Shown: piece after piece, positions 34,138 to 46,300 of the stretch
Numbering within the stretch: the first letter of the stretch is position 1
Layout of the letters: each line of letters begins with the position of its first letter
Source: Nemertoderma westbladi
Lineage: Eukaryota; Animalia; Xenacoelomorpha
DNA: 56,532 nt
Direction: 5' to 3'
Assembly: GCA_032718475.1 (NCBI GenBank)
Contig: JAUCBJ010008552.1
Coordinates: 1-56,532 of the forward strand
Notes under the pieces: model-generated
What the model saw: the letters and a program-made list of their open reading frames with translations, nothing else
Database searches by the model: none
What the model was told of the DNA's origin: nothing
Program-made: the position numbers and the translations under genes

Positions 34138-37100
34138 CGGTCAGGTCAGGTATTCTAGGTCATTGATCAAGAAAACTTGCCACCTCCATGCAGCATAAAG
34201 GAGGTGCCACCTGTAGCTGCATAGACCCTCTTACTAGGGCAAATCTGGTCCTGTAACTAGGACCCCCTTCGTTCTGGGATAAGGACGCCCTTGGTCCTGG
34301 ATTAAGGACCCATATACTTGGCTGCAGGGGTATATGGCCTGACCAGGCAGATGGTGATCTACCAATGGCTGGTTAGGAGTAGAGTGTTCTCATGTCCACT
34401 CTGAGGGCACTTCACTGCGACCTGCACCTGGCAGCAAGGGTACAGGGCATGACCCAGCAGATGAGCTGCAACAGCCAATGGTGGGTCATGTACGCCAGAG
34501 TAGATATGGGTGATGGGCCTCATATCTGACTCCATTGCGACACCCACCCTGTGGAATGGCAAACCAGGGTGTGGTATTTGCCCCGAGAGCTGACTCGGCA
34601 AAAAAGCACCCCCCAACCCCCACTATGGATTACATTAGCAATGCGGAGGTCCGGCCACTAGAGGCCAGTGGAATTACCGGACACATTCGGCCTCACAGGC
34701 GTCAGTTAACTCCTGACCGGCTGCCTGTCTCACCCCCTACTGGAGAGAGAGCAGCCAACAATTCTTTGAGTCCCTTTCCTGATGACCTTTCTGGCCCAAA
34801 CCCTGGGTCACCAGGGAGGCCAGATTGTGATGGGGAGAGGGATTCTGGAGTTGGAGGCTACTCTCATGTTCCACCCCGACCAACAAAGCCATTGGTGAAT
34901 CTGAGGCAAGTCACTAGACTAGCCTCAGTAAACACCCTAACACTCGGGTCCCCAATGCAACAAGGTGAGCTGACTGCCTTGGCAGATAAGCTTTCTCTTA
35001 GCGCAGTGGGTGTTCAAGAGCACCGAATGCAGACTGGACAGACTGATGAGGTTCTGATTAAGGACATGGGGGGCGGTTGGCGATTCGCCCTCGCGTCAGC
35101 AGATGATAGTGGCAATGGTGGAATTGGTCTATTGATGAATCCAACTGCACATGCAGCATTGGACAAAATAGACCAAATCTCTAACCGCATCATCCGTTGC
35201 CACTTCTCATGTTCTGGAAGACTGGCTAAGAAGTTTCCTAAGGTGGTTCTGATTGTGTGCTACTCTCCAACTAGTGTTGCCCCTGTAGAGGAGGTGGAAA
35301 ATTTCTACCACAATCTACAAGCAGCAACTGATGGAGTGGATCAGCATGCATTCTTAACATTCCTGGGAGACTTTAATGCAAGTATGCATCAATCACCTAC
35401 ATCGCCCTGGGTCTATAGCAATAGTGTTAACCAAAATTCTGTCCATCTTCAGGATTTTATCTCTGGAAATGGATTGTTTTCGGCTGGAACCCAGTTCAAG
35501 AAGCGAACTGGAAAGCTATGGACTCATAGTGGACCCAGTGGTCACAAGTCCCAGATAGACCATATTCTGTTTCGTAGGAAATACAGGAGCTCTATACAAG
35601 ACTGTAATGCATTTACACTGCGACCCTTCTCCAGTGATCACCGCCTTATTGTGGCCAAGGTAAGACTTAGTCTGCGTGCTAGCAGAACAACGAAAGCTGC
35701 CTTGCCACGGCATGACTGGTCCTCTCTGTTGCAACAGCCAAGTGTGAGATCCAGCTTCACACTACAGCTGAGCAACAGGTATGAGGCTCTTGCCTCTGAG
35801 GCGGCAGATCACTGTAAGGGCTATACTGCCTTTACAGAAGCAGTTAAGTTAGCAGCTGCAGAAACAGTTCCTGTATACCCTCGAAACAGGAAAAGGGCCC
35901 CCTGGACTGACAACAAAATTCAGAAGTGCCGAAATGACCTTCATAAGGCGCAGAAAGAGTCCCGACTCAAACAGACTACAGCGGCCAAGAATGCAGTTAA
36001 AGCTGCATCTAGGTCCCTGAACAGGCAGTACTCTGTTAATCTACAGGAGCTAATAAACCAACAGGTTGATGCCATCAATGATGCTGACGACAGCAGGCAA
36101 TCATCCCAGGCATGGAAATCGACTACTGGGCGGAAAAGCCAACCAACCACCAAGGTTAAGGCTGAATCACCAGCCGATCGCCTCAATGGTTGGAAAGCCC
36201 ACTTTGAAAAGCTCCTCAATAATGACAGGGTATTGCCTGATAACTTTATAGAAGTAAAAGTGTTTGAGTCTGTACTCCCAGATATTCCCATTGGCGATAT
36301 CTCCTTTGCAGAAGTGAAGGCTGCTGCAAAGAGCATAAAGACCAATCGTGCCAGTGGAGTAGATGGTGTTCCCCCTGAGGTCTTTAAAATACCTGAGTGT
36401 TTAAAGCTCATCTATCCCATCATAGTAGACATGTACCGTACAACAAGAGTCCCACAAGAAATGAAAACCATGGTGCCAGTCCCCAAGAAGGGCAACCTAA
36501 CACTCTATGGTTCTTTTCGGGGAATCTCATTGATCTCGATTGCTGCAAAACTATACAATAGAATTCTATTAAATCGCATCAGGGATCACATTGAGAGACT
36601 GCTACGTGGAAATCAGAATGGGTTCCGTAAAGGTCGTTGGACCATGGAGCCCATTTTGGCACTTAGAAGGATAATTATTATTATTATCTTTGTTGACTTC
36701 TTCAAGGCCTTTGATTCAGTCTCTCGCTCACGTATGTTCAGCATACTTTCATTATATGGGATTCCTGATGAAATTATTGCAGCAATCAGATCAGTATACG
36801 ATGGTTCGACAACATTTGTGTCTACTGTTGACGGTGACACAGAACCATTTGAAGTGTTATGGGGCGTACTCCAAGGAGACACACTTGCACCATTCTTGTT
36901 CATTATTGTGGTTGACTATGTTCTACGCATGTCCTTAGATCATCATAATGATGATGGGGTGATGATAACTCCACCTACTGGCTCCAGAAGTCGAGGAAAT
37001 CCTGCCAAGTACCTAACTGATCTAGACTTTGCTGATGACTTAGGAGTACTCTCAGAATCATTAGAGGGAGCCCAGCGGCTCCTCAGCTCATTAGAACATG

Positions 37101-37842
37101 CTGCTTCTAGTGTTGGTCTTTTTATTAACTCCAGAAAGACCAAAATTCTGACAGTTAACTTTGAAAGTCCTCAGCAAGTCTCTGATCGGATGAGCATAAG
37201 CTCAAAGGATGGTATGCTTGAGCATGTGGACGACTTCTGTTACCTGGGATCATGGATCCGGAAGTCAGGTGAGGACCTTCGAATACGTAAGGGAAAGGCA
37301 TGGGCAGCCTTGAATAGGCTTTCCAGGATTTGGAAGTCACCTAGAATTAATCGGAAACTTAAGGTCCGATTATTTAGAGCAGCAGTAGTTCCAGTACTCC
37401 TCTACGGGAGTCCATGCTGGGCTCTAACTGCTGAGGACACCAAATCTCTGGATGGCACATTCACAAGAATGCTACGCCGGGTACATTGTGTCAAGTACAA
37501 TGCACACATCTCCAACCAGACACTATATAACATTGGAGGTGTCTCATTGGTTCCCCCAAGCTTGACACTAGAACAAAATCGCCTCCGCTTTGCAGGACAT
37601 TGCTTTCGCCGTGAGGACCAGCCAGTGCATAATCTTGTACTTTGGCAGCCTCATGGAGTGAATAAGCATGGTGGACAGCTCATGACTGTCTTGAGACGCA
37701 TCTTAAAGGACACTGGCCTTAAAGATGCGGATGATCTAGCAAATGTCATGGGTGATAGGGAGTTGTGGCGGTGCAATTTTGTTGACAAGCCGGCACAGCA
37801 TTCTTAAAAATGCAGCTGCAATGCAGCATGCCGATCCTAGTA
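34138..37842 (+). mobile_element. Full-length RTE-clade non-LTR retrotransposon
   Basis: TSD GTTAAATTAAT (34127-34137, 37843-37853); single EN-RT ORF; very short 3' UTR ending in TAG repeats. Confidence 0.92.
34625..37807 (+). CDS. AP endonuclease-reverse transcriptase protein
   Basis: APE motifs SVNTLTL, GVQEHR, CYSPT, LGDFNA, QIDHIL, SDH; RT motifs FVDFFKAFDSV, GVLQGDTLAP, DFADD, YLGS. The frame is open from 34535; first ATG at 34625. Confidence 0.9.
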   Translation: MDYISNAEVRPLEASGITGHIRPHRRQLTPDRLPVSPPTGERAANNSLSPFPDDLSGPNPGSPGRPDCDGERDSGVGGYSHVPPRPTKPLVNLRQVTRLASVNTLTLGSPMQQGELTALADKLSLSAVGVQEHRMQTGQTDEVLIKDMGGGWRFALASADDSGNGGIGLLMNPTAHAALDKIDQISNRIIRCHFSCSGRLAKKFPKVVLIVCYSPTSVAPVEEVENFYHNLQAATDGVDQHAFLTFLGDFNASMHQSPTSPWVYSNSVNQNSVHLQDFISGNGLFSAGTQFKKRTGKLWTHSGPSGHKSQIDHILFRRKYRSSIQDCNAFTLRPFSSDHRLIVAKVRLSLRASRTTKAALPRHDWSSLLQQPSVRSSFTLQLSNRYEALASEAADHCKGYTAFTEAVKLAAAETVPVYPRNRKRAPWTDNKIQKCRNDLHKAQKESRLKQTTAAKNAVKAASRSLNRQYSVNLQELINQQVDAINDADDSRQSSQAWKSTTGRKSQPTTKVKAESPADRLNGWKAHFEKLLNNDRVLPDNFIEVKVFESVLPDIPIGDISFAEVKAAAKSIKTNRASGVDGVPPEVFKIPECLKLIYPIIVDMYRTTRVPQEMKTMVPVPKKGNLTLYGSFRGISLISIAAKLYNRILLNRIRDHIERLLRGNQNGFRKGRWTMEPILALRRIIIIIIFVDFFKAFDSVSRSRMFSILSLYGIPDEIIAAIRSVYDGSTTFVSTVDGDTEPFEVLWGVLQGDTLAPFLFIIVVDYVLRMSLDHHNDDGVMITPPTGSRSRGNPAKYLTDLDFADDLGVLSESLEGAQRLLSSLEHAASSVGLFINSRKTKILTVNFESPQQVSDRMSISSKDGMLEHVDDFCYLGSWIRKSGEDLRIRKGKAWAALNRLSRIWKSPRINRKLKVRLFRAAVVPVLLYGSPCWALTAEDTKSLDGTFTRMLRRVHCVKYNAHISNQTLYNIGGVSLVPPSLTLEQNRLRFAGHCFRREDQPVHNLVLWQPHGVNKHGGQLMTVLRRILKDTGLKDADDLANVMGDRELWRCNFVDKPAQHS

Positions 37843-39031
37843 GTTAAATTAATAATGAAATTAGCAGTCTTTGTGACAGTGGAAGTAGGCTTACTATTCT
37901 CGTACATAGTTTACCATGCAATGTATGTGTGGTTTGAACGTCTGTTGTTTATGTATGATGGTAATTGCAGTGTTTGATCATTAATGCTGTGATGTAGTGG
38001 AGGACATATTGCCGACCCATGATGACCATTATTGTCATTGAGGATGCAATGTGATGTATTCTGTGAGTGAATGCGGATGTCACCCACTTTCATTTGTGTT
38101 TTCCACTATAGGTTTACACATGAAAAATTTAATTATAATTCGTATTATTATACCTAACTTCTTTAAACTCAGTTAACATATACATTTAATGGAGTAGCTC
38201 TTCATGCATAAATTATGTGGGAAATGTCCATTAATTTACAGCAAAACCTTAATCTAATGGACTGAGGTGGGCTATGCAACAACAAGCACCAGTTTTTGTT
38301 CAATTATTACATTAATATTTATCAAGATGTATCCCACGAGAATTCCACAGAAAGTTAAAAATTTTAGTAATATGTGATTCATATATCCGCTTTATTGAAA
38401 TATTCAAAAAAAAGTGCAAAATATCTCGCGCCTAACCTATTACTCTTCTTCTTTTTATGTATGCAATTTATATTGAATAGGAAATTAATGGAGCACAGAG
38501 TGCAATAAGTATGGAACAACAGTAAATGACTTCATATTTTTCAATAATATACTTTTCATCCGCTGTTGTTTATTGCAATTATCGTCTAACAATCAAACAA
38601 TTATGATCTTTGCGATTAACATTGTCATTAACTGTTCATGTGTAGCATATTTGATTTGTAGCATATTCGTTTCGAAGAGATGTGAATAATATTTACTTGG
38701 GTTGTTATTTTATGGCTATTTCATTTAAAGTAATAAAAGTTGACAAATTCCGTTGAAAAAATTTTACATTTTGCTGAGTACAATAAATACTAGGAGTTTC
38801 ATTTCTTCTTAGGAAAAAAATGTTGTATTTGCGAGTTTTATATGGGGGCTCGACCCGAACACTGACGAAATAAATCATATTGATGGTTGTTACATTAGAC
38901 TACTATGCTAAGGGCAACCCTAAACATCAGTTGGAGATAACATGACAAACGCAGATCAACTACTATATATGAACACAAACTACGATTAGTGTCCCTACTG
39001 GAGAAGTTAAGACGATCTGGTAAGTTACCAG

Positions 39032-40033
39032 GGGCCGGTTGCATAAAAAAACCTTAGATAAGGTGCACCTTAAGTCAAAAGTATTGCCTTAAATATCAAC
39101 ATCCATACTTAAGTAAGTGCAACCTTAAAAACTTAAGGTGATCCACAATTTTAGGTGCCCCCTTATATTTTTAAGGCGCTACTTATCTAAGTGTCACCTT
39201 AAATATTTTAGGTCGGCCTTATCTGTAAGTCTTACCTTAAATATTTAATGTAATCAATGCTGAAAATCCACCGTAAATAGTTTCGGGTCATACTTTACAA
39301 AGTGCCTCATTAAGTTCGGTTGCTTAAAATATTTAAGGTCCCACCTTAGTAGCTAAGTTCAACTTATCTAATAATTTACCATAAAAGTGGTTCTTACATC
39401 TCAGCTATTTAGTTTCAGTTTGTGGTATTACTTCATTTCATACTATACACGTTTCGTTTAGTATTTCAGTTTATTACTACTGTATGGCTTTTAAGTGACT
39501 CCTTCCACATCTACAATAAATTATTATTAATTAAGCTAAATAATGAATGTTTTAATGCGAATCAAAATCACGGGATGCCATCTACTAGACCAAAGAAGAT
39601 AGCTGTTTTTCAACCGGAAAACTACGAAAAGTACAAACTTTCATATTTTACTTTTCATATGATATATTTCAAATCGAATAAAATTTTTAAAATTGATTGA
39701 CATATATCGATGCATTTAATAAAGCCATGTTTGACTTTGAGTTTTTGAGTTTGGCTGAATCGTAACTTTTGAACCTCAACAAATTCTAAAGGAATTAAAT
39801 TGGTAGGCCTATCACTTTCTTGTTCAAAAGCATTTATATAATGAAAACATGAGATAAGTTGATTTCAGTATAGTTAAGGTATGTAGGAGGCTACCTTAAA
39901 ATTTTGATTTTAAGTTGGAATTAAAGTTTGCAATAAAATTTTATGCAACCCACTTAACCCACCCACTTGAGCCAACCTTTAACTTAATTTTAAGTAGCCA
40001 CTTAAAGTTAAGGTTGTTATATGCAACCGGCCC
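39032..40033. mobile_element. PIF/Harbinger-type MITE
   Basis: TIR GGGCCGGTTGCATA / TATGCAACCGGCCC, 3-bp TSD CAG, many internal CTTAA/TTAAG subrepeats. Confidence 0.85.
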
Positions 40034-41439
40034 CAGAAATACTTTTTTACAGATATACCAGATATACGTTTCTGGCAACCAATACAAAAAAGGCATAGCC
40101 GTGGCTATGACATTATAGACCAACTTGAATTGGATATTATGCTGGATTTAGGAGAAACAAAACTGCGATAACCATGGAGAATCGGGAAGCCTGGAAGGAT
40201 CTATTTTCCACTGTCCGAGTCTCGATGTAGTAATAGTAGTATTTGGACTTTAGCTGAGATGATGCGAGCTAATCAGTTAGTGGGTGAACCTGAACGTGTC
40301 TGATCTGGTAGGTATCGAGTAATCCACACTTACTTACATATTTGTGGCAACATAACATATTGCTAATGAAAAAGGATCAGCGCTACCCATTTCCCAAACC
40401 AGGTATTATTTTGTATACTTCTGCACATTTCATTCCAAATCAATTGATACATAAGTCCTGCCTATCTATTTTTCTATTCACTATTGTGATTCTGTGGATT
40501 TTAATTCTAGTAAATTTTACTTATTTCATGCCTTTCTCGTTGAATTGTACATCAGTTTTGTTGGGATTACTGTGGTGTTCACTCTGCTTAAATTAATATT
40601 TTGTTATCTCAATTTAATGATAGATAGATAGATTATTGACGATAAAAACTATGATAAAACACAGCACAAATCGTCCAAATTTACCAGTCAATTGAAACGA
40701 TAACACCAACATGTATGTATATACATGTATATTATAGCTGTAGATTGTTTTTTAATCTCTCTAATAAGCACCTGGTGGCTTCAAATGAGATATACATCAT
40801 ATCATTTGAAGCTCTAATAATTTATTCGAAATGAATGATAATTGTCATTAATTTATTAAATTATACTGTAGGCCTATATACTTGATTTTATTGCATTTCA
40901 ACAGCAGGCCAGATTTACGATTTAAATTCATAAACGCATGCGAACCACATCAGTAGAGGCCTAATATTTTTGTGATTAACGTGGTAGATTAAATTCACGA
41001 AAGTAATTGTACCTGTTCATTTCTTTTTTTTTTCAGTTAGTTCCTGTCCTTTAACTTAATAAATATTAATTTCCTTGTACAATTTTCTAGCCCCAAAATT
41101 ACAACCAAATGGTTATTAGCAGGCATAGGTTGTGGTTCTCCATATATTTTTATTCCCTGACATAAATTATACAATTTAGAGACCTGAGAAGTTAGATGTG
41201 AAGTTTACGTAAAAGGACAGTGCAGTGCTTCTCAGGTTCTTTGACAATCCATATATATATATCAATGCCTGAACAAAAATTTATGTTTGACACCAGTTTT
41301 CTAGGTCTGATACCGTGATTTACCATTTGATCAATTTAACATTTAATTGACCTATAAAAGTGATAAATTAAAATGTAATCTAAAAATGATGGGGTGTTTC
41401 ACTAAAAATAATAAATTGATAGAAATACAACTATAGAGC

Positions 41440-42580
41440 TGGTCTCACTTTGTTCCACGGGGGGTTGAACTGGAAAATATAATTCGCTTCCGCATGTTTT
41501 GATTTCTTTTGATTTGTTGTCCCGGGATTGGCGAAAGGCCGTGATCCTAAAACTCTCCCAGGGGCACATACGGAAGTGTTCGCACAACAAAAACTCTGCT
41601 AGTTCATGGTAATCTCGGGGTGGTTGTTTCCTATACCCGTTTATGACCGATTTGTGAGTAGGTACTCTCTCAGCCACCTTTTGCTCGGTCTGGCCAATCG
41701 ACGATACACACGAGAAAGAGCCCATAAAACGTTTACCCCATGGTAGTACAGGAAGTTCAAACAAAAACGGGCACGTAAGGCACCCGCCGCGTCCACAGGG
41801 TGTGTTTCCCCGTCCTCCTACTTTCCTTCCCTAGATTTAGTCCACCTCTCTCAGTGACAATCACCCTAGCCCCCACCTCGGCTAAGGCGTGTTTATTATT
41901 GGCCAACACAGCCTTTACGCACGGTCTAAAAGTTCCATCAATTCTGAAATTAAAGCAATCCCCACCCACCCCTTTCGTCATTTCTTTTACGAGGGGTCCG
42001 TCGTTCATCCCACTTAACTGCTCGGAGTCCCTCTAGGAACTCCTGCGGATATCCCGACACCCAACAGACACCAAAATCGTAACAATTGGCCTCTAACCAC
42101 GGATTTCAGTAACTGATTGTCATGGTTACTAAAATAAGGAATAAGGAAATAAGGAAAAAATAAGGAACGGTTAAAAATGTGGTTTAAAATAAACCCGGGT
42201 TTTTATTTCACCCCATACAGATTTATACAACTCCATATCCAAAAATACCAATGTAGTGTTTGAAAATTCAAACGTAAACTTAATGTCATTGGTTCCAAAT
42301 ACCTCCCTCCCCGCGTTATTATACTCAGCTATAATGTTCTCTTTGGTTCCATCTGATAGGGCGTAATCGAAAATAGCTTCACCGTCGTCCACAAAGGTGT
42401 GGAAAAAAATGGCCCCGTACATGGTGATAAGGCCCACGTTGGTGTGTAGGCGGTGGATGGCTAAAACGGCAATCGCCTTCACCACCAGTACGCCCATTCC
42501 CAACCCCTGATCAGTACGTAAAACGTTTTTATGATAGAAAAATTATTCCTCTTCAAAATAAGGTATGTATACTGACGTCA
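41440..42580 (-). mobile_element. Penelope-like retroelement relic (RT thumb + GIY-YIG endonuclease)
   Basis: LVFLDMELYK..IKTRVYFKP; PCGRGGCLTCP linker; SFSCVSS-IGQTEQKVAERV..H; frameshifts and deletions. Confidence 0.75.
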
Positions 42581-43346
42581 CTGGCTTCCAAATATCATAG
42601 AGGAGTGCAATCCGTTCCCATAATAGTAGCTAGGCATAATCATACACACCCCAGCCTCCTACAGACAGAAATGCCAGAAGAAGCACCACAGGAAAACAAC
42701 AACTCCCCAGAACAAACAACGAGCTTAATAACATTGCTTTTGCGGGAATTTTATTTAATTCATAACATTGTTTCTATGGGGGGGGGGGGGGGGGGGTTCA
42801 ACCCACCTACCTTTTGAGTTGATGGGGGAGGGGGGGGGGGGGGGGGGGAATAAAACGGCTTGGGAAAACGGGGAAAACTTCTCATATAAAACGTGACTTC
42901 CACACCATAAGGTGTATTCCGAAAGATGCGGAATAGATCGTTTTAGGTATTTTTTTGTGCCACAATTTTAGCCAACAGCTTCTATATGGAAAGGAATAAA
43001 TCCAATTTGTTTTCTTTGAATTTTGGTTCAATCCTCCTCAACCAATGGCTGATAAAGTCCAAGGGTTGATTTATAACATTTCAGAAGTCAACTGCAACCT
43101 GTGGCTGGTTCCAGGTACACATGGACTGGCAGATGAGCCCTTGCAAATGGGAGACCTTGTGGATTTCTCATGTTCTCATAGGATGGCTAATACATTTCAT
43201 AAGGGTGGTTTTAATTGTATATTAATTTCCCATCTGCACATCTGATGAAATTGTTTTAGACGATTTTTTAATTAGAATATATGTATTATTTACATATTAT
43301 ATTTACATTATAATATAACTATATATATTATGTAAAGAAATACAGT

Positions 43347-46300
43347 ATGGCGAATGAATTAGTGTCTCCAAACCAAAGATCCATAAATAGAATACCCGAA
43401 CATGGTTGGAGGTTTAACATTTTGGTGTTATTTTTGATGATATTTCAGCTCATACCAGGTTGGTGTGTCAATCTAATAGAATCATTTTTCCCTAATGTTG
43501 TGGAAAAGCGTGGCTGGTCAAAGACTTTAATTGGATCCTTACTCTCAACCAATTCTGTAGTTCAAGTTATAATTTATATTGTTTTCACACATTATATTAG
43601 TGACTGGGGAACAAGTATTTCTTTAGGAATATTCGGTATAATTGGAACTATTTCCCAGTTGCTCTTTGGGTTCGTCGAATATATTCCTAACAAACAAGCA
43701 CATATATTCACATGTTTTATCTTGAGAATTATCGAAGGTATTGGACTAAGTATCAGCTATATCTACTCGTTCAGTCTATTGATGGAATTGATGCCAAACC
43801 ATCGAAGTTCCATAACAAGTATATCTGTAGCACTTAGCACTCTTGGATACACAATTTCTCCAGTTTTCGGATCTTCCATATTTGTTTTACTGGGGTATGA
43901 ATTTCCATATATTATATCAAGCTTGATGTTTCTCATTCTAATCCTTTACTGCTTGATTCATGCACCTTCTTATCTTTACGACAGACCAGAATCTAATGTA
44001 GAACGACCAACATATCTTGGATTGCTGAAGAATCCAGGAATTTCAGTTATCTATATATTACTTTTTTATTATTGTGAAGTGAAAAGGACAAACCATGTAG
44101 ATTGATGAATGGCTATGTGATATTAAACCAATTTGCACATGGGTTCTAATCTAAATTGAAAATAAATAAGTGTTATTGATTTTGTTTTTGATATTTTGTA
44201 AAATCCGCTCCAAGTTGGACAAATTGGAGTGTGACATGAATAATTAGGAATAATGGTAATAATATCTGGTACACATTGTGCTTTGTTTTATTAGATAGTG
44301 TAATAATCTAATAATAAATAATAATGCTAAAATCATTCAAATATTCATATTATAATATTTAGTTCATATATATAATATATGGGCTCACTCTGACCATATA
44401 TAAATTGGGATTTGTTATATTGTATTAAATCTCTAGGTATACATTTGGTGGCCTAATCCAAAATTTAAACTGCCATGCAACAAATAAGCCAATAAGTCAA
44501 TAGTAGACTTGTGTAATTATTGAAAGAAGCATTTTTGAATTGAAATAATCCAACAATCTAACAAGCCCAAAAGCCACAGAGAAAGGTGAGAGGTCAAACC
44601 ACCTCGGAGGGTAGGCAGTTAGTAGAGGCTAGCAGTGGAGGGGAAACACTCCCAGGGAGTGCCAAAGTGACAAGTAGTATATTAGCCAATACTGGGGAGG
44701 GAAGCACTTGGTAGGGAACAGGAAAGCATCCATTGGGTAGAGGGCCAAAGTAGAGTATGAGGTAAACCAATATTCAATGTGTTAATCATATATTATCTTA
44801 CATTACTGGTTTACCGGTCAGTTGTGTTATTCAGTCCAGTCAGTGCAGACCAGTCATAGTTAATGACCGCCACCGCCATACCGGTAACAATTAATCTGTA
44901 TTTTCTGCTTATTATCTACTGGCATGCTATTATCGTCCATATTAATTAATATCGAGAGACAACAGAAACTTTCACTGTTTTTCCCAAACTGCCTCGGCCA
45001 AAGCTAGTAGCACGATCCCCAGCAGAACGGTGACGCGTACATTTCTAACCCGGTCGGGATTTCTGATCCCGTCACAGGAAGTGGTAGTATAGTACTAGAA
45101 GGATCGGCATGCTGCATTGTAGCTGCATTTTTAAGAATGCTGTGCCAACTTGTCAACAAAATCGCACCATCAAAACTCCCTATCACCCATGACATTTGCT
45201 AGATCATCCGCATCTTCAAGGCCAGTGTCCTTTAAAATGTGTCTCAAGAAATTCATGGGCTGTCCAGGTCCACCATGCTTATTCACTCCATGAGGCTGCC
45301 AAAGCACAAGATTATGCACTAGCTGGTCCTCACGGTGAAAGCAATGTCCTGCAAAGCGAGGCAACTTTGTTCTAGCGTCAAGCTTGGGGGAACCAATGAG
45401 ACACCTCCAATGTTATATAGATTGGAGATGTGGTTGTCTGGTTGGAGATGTGTGCATTGCACTTGATACAATGAACCCGGCGTATAATTCTTGTGAATGT
45501 GCCATCCAGAGATTTGGTGTCCTCAGCAGTTAGAGCCCAGCATGGACTCCCATATACGAGTACTGGAACTACTGCTGCTCTAAATAATCAGACCTTAAGT
45601 TTCCGATTAATTCTAGTATTAAATTGGTTTAATCTCGATTAATTGGTAGTATAGTATTAACTAATAGAGGTAAGAATATACTAATCAGTAACATATTCTA
45701 AATGCCCCAATTACAGGAAATATAATCTGAACTTCCTCAACCTAGAAATAATTAACCAGTAACCTTCCATAACTTGCCACAGTAGTAGACAACTGGACAT
45801 CTAACGCTTGTTATCATGATTCATAGTGGTGTGAAGAACGTATCCTGGATTATCATTGCGGCCTTCTCTTCCTATATGGTTGGTAACCCATCAACTTCAA
45901 CAATCAAGGATTCGGAGGTGTTGAGGGCTTCTTCTACATTAAGACACCCGCTGCCTCATGTAGTTTCCATAGGTCCCTGTTGGAGTTCACTGGAATTGTT
46001 TTCCTGGTTTAGGCTGTCGCAATATATTTATTCCTTTTTAGAATAGAGATACTCTATAAAAACGCGACGAGGAATTAGATGGTCAGAATAATACATGTTC
46101 TTCATTTGTCTGGCAAAGGAATCTTTATTCTTCATGATTTGGAATAGCTTAAATCTCTCCATATGACCAATGAAACGAATTAAAATCAGACGAGATCAGT
46201 CAGGATGCTGAGGACCCAGACAGTGAACAAAGTCAATGGAATGTGGAGTTATACTGGTTCCTAGTTGAGCGATTAGGTCTATAACGAAGGAGTGGTCACA

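Noticed and set aside
34458-34480. Hammerhead-like CAGATGA-GCTG-CAA-CAGC-CAAT
   Set aside because: Lacks the invariant CUGA and GAAA core bases.
35376-37340. Short antisense and alternate-frame ORFs over LINE, gag and piggyBac genes
   Set aside because: Shadow ORFs; they recur only because the TE copies are near-identical.
41340-41460. Expected hammerhead ribozyme or pseudo-LTR beside the Penelope relic
   Set aside because: No CTGANGA...GAAA core with supporting stems found on either strand.
42777-42848. Long poly-G tracts (also near 26352, 28618, 50267, 53850)
   Set aside because: Recurrent in MITE-like relics and prone to sequencing error; no locus-specific signal.
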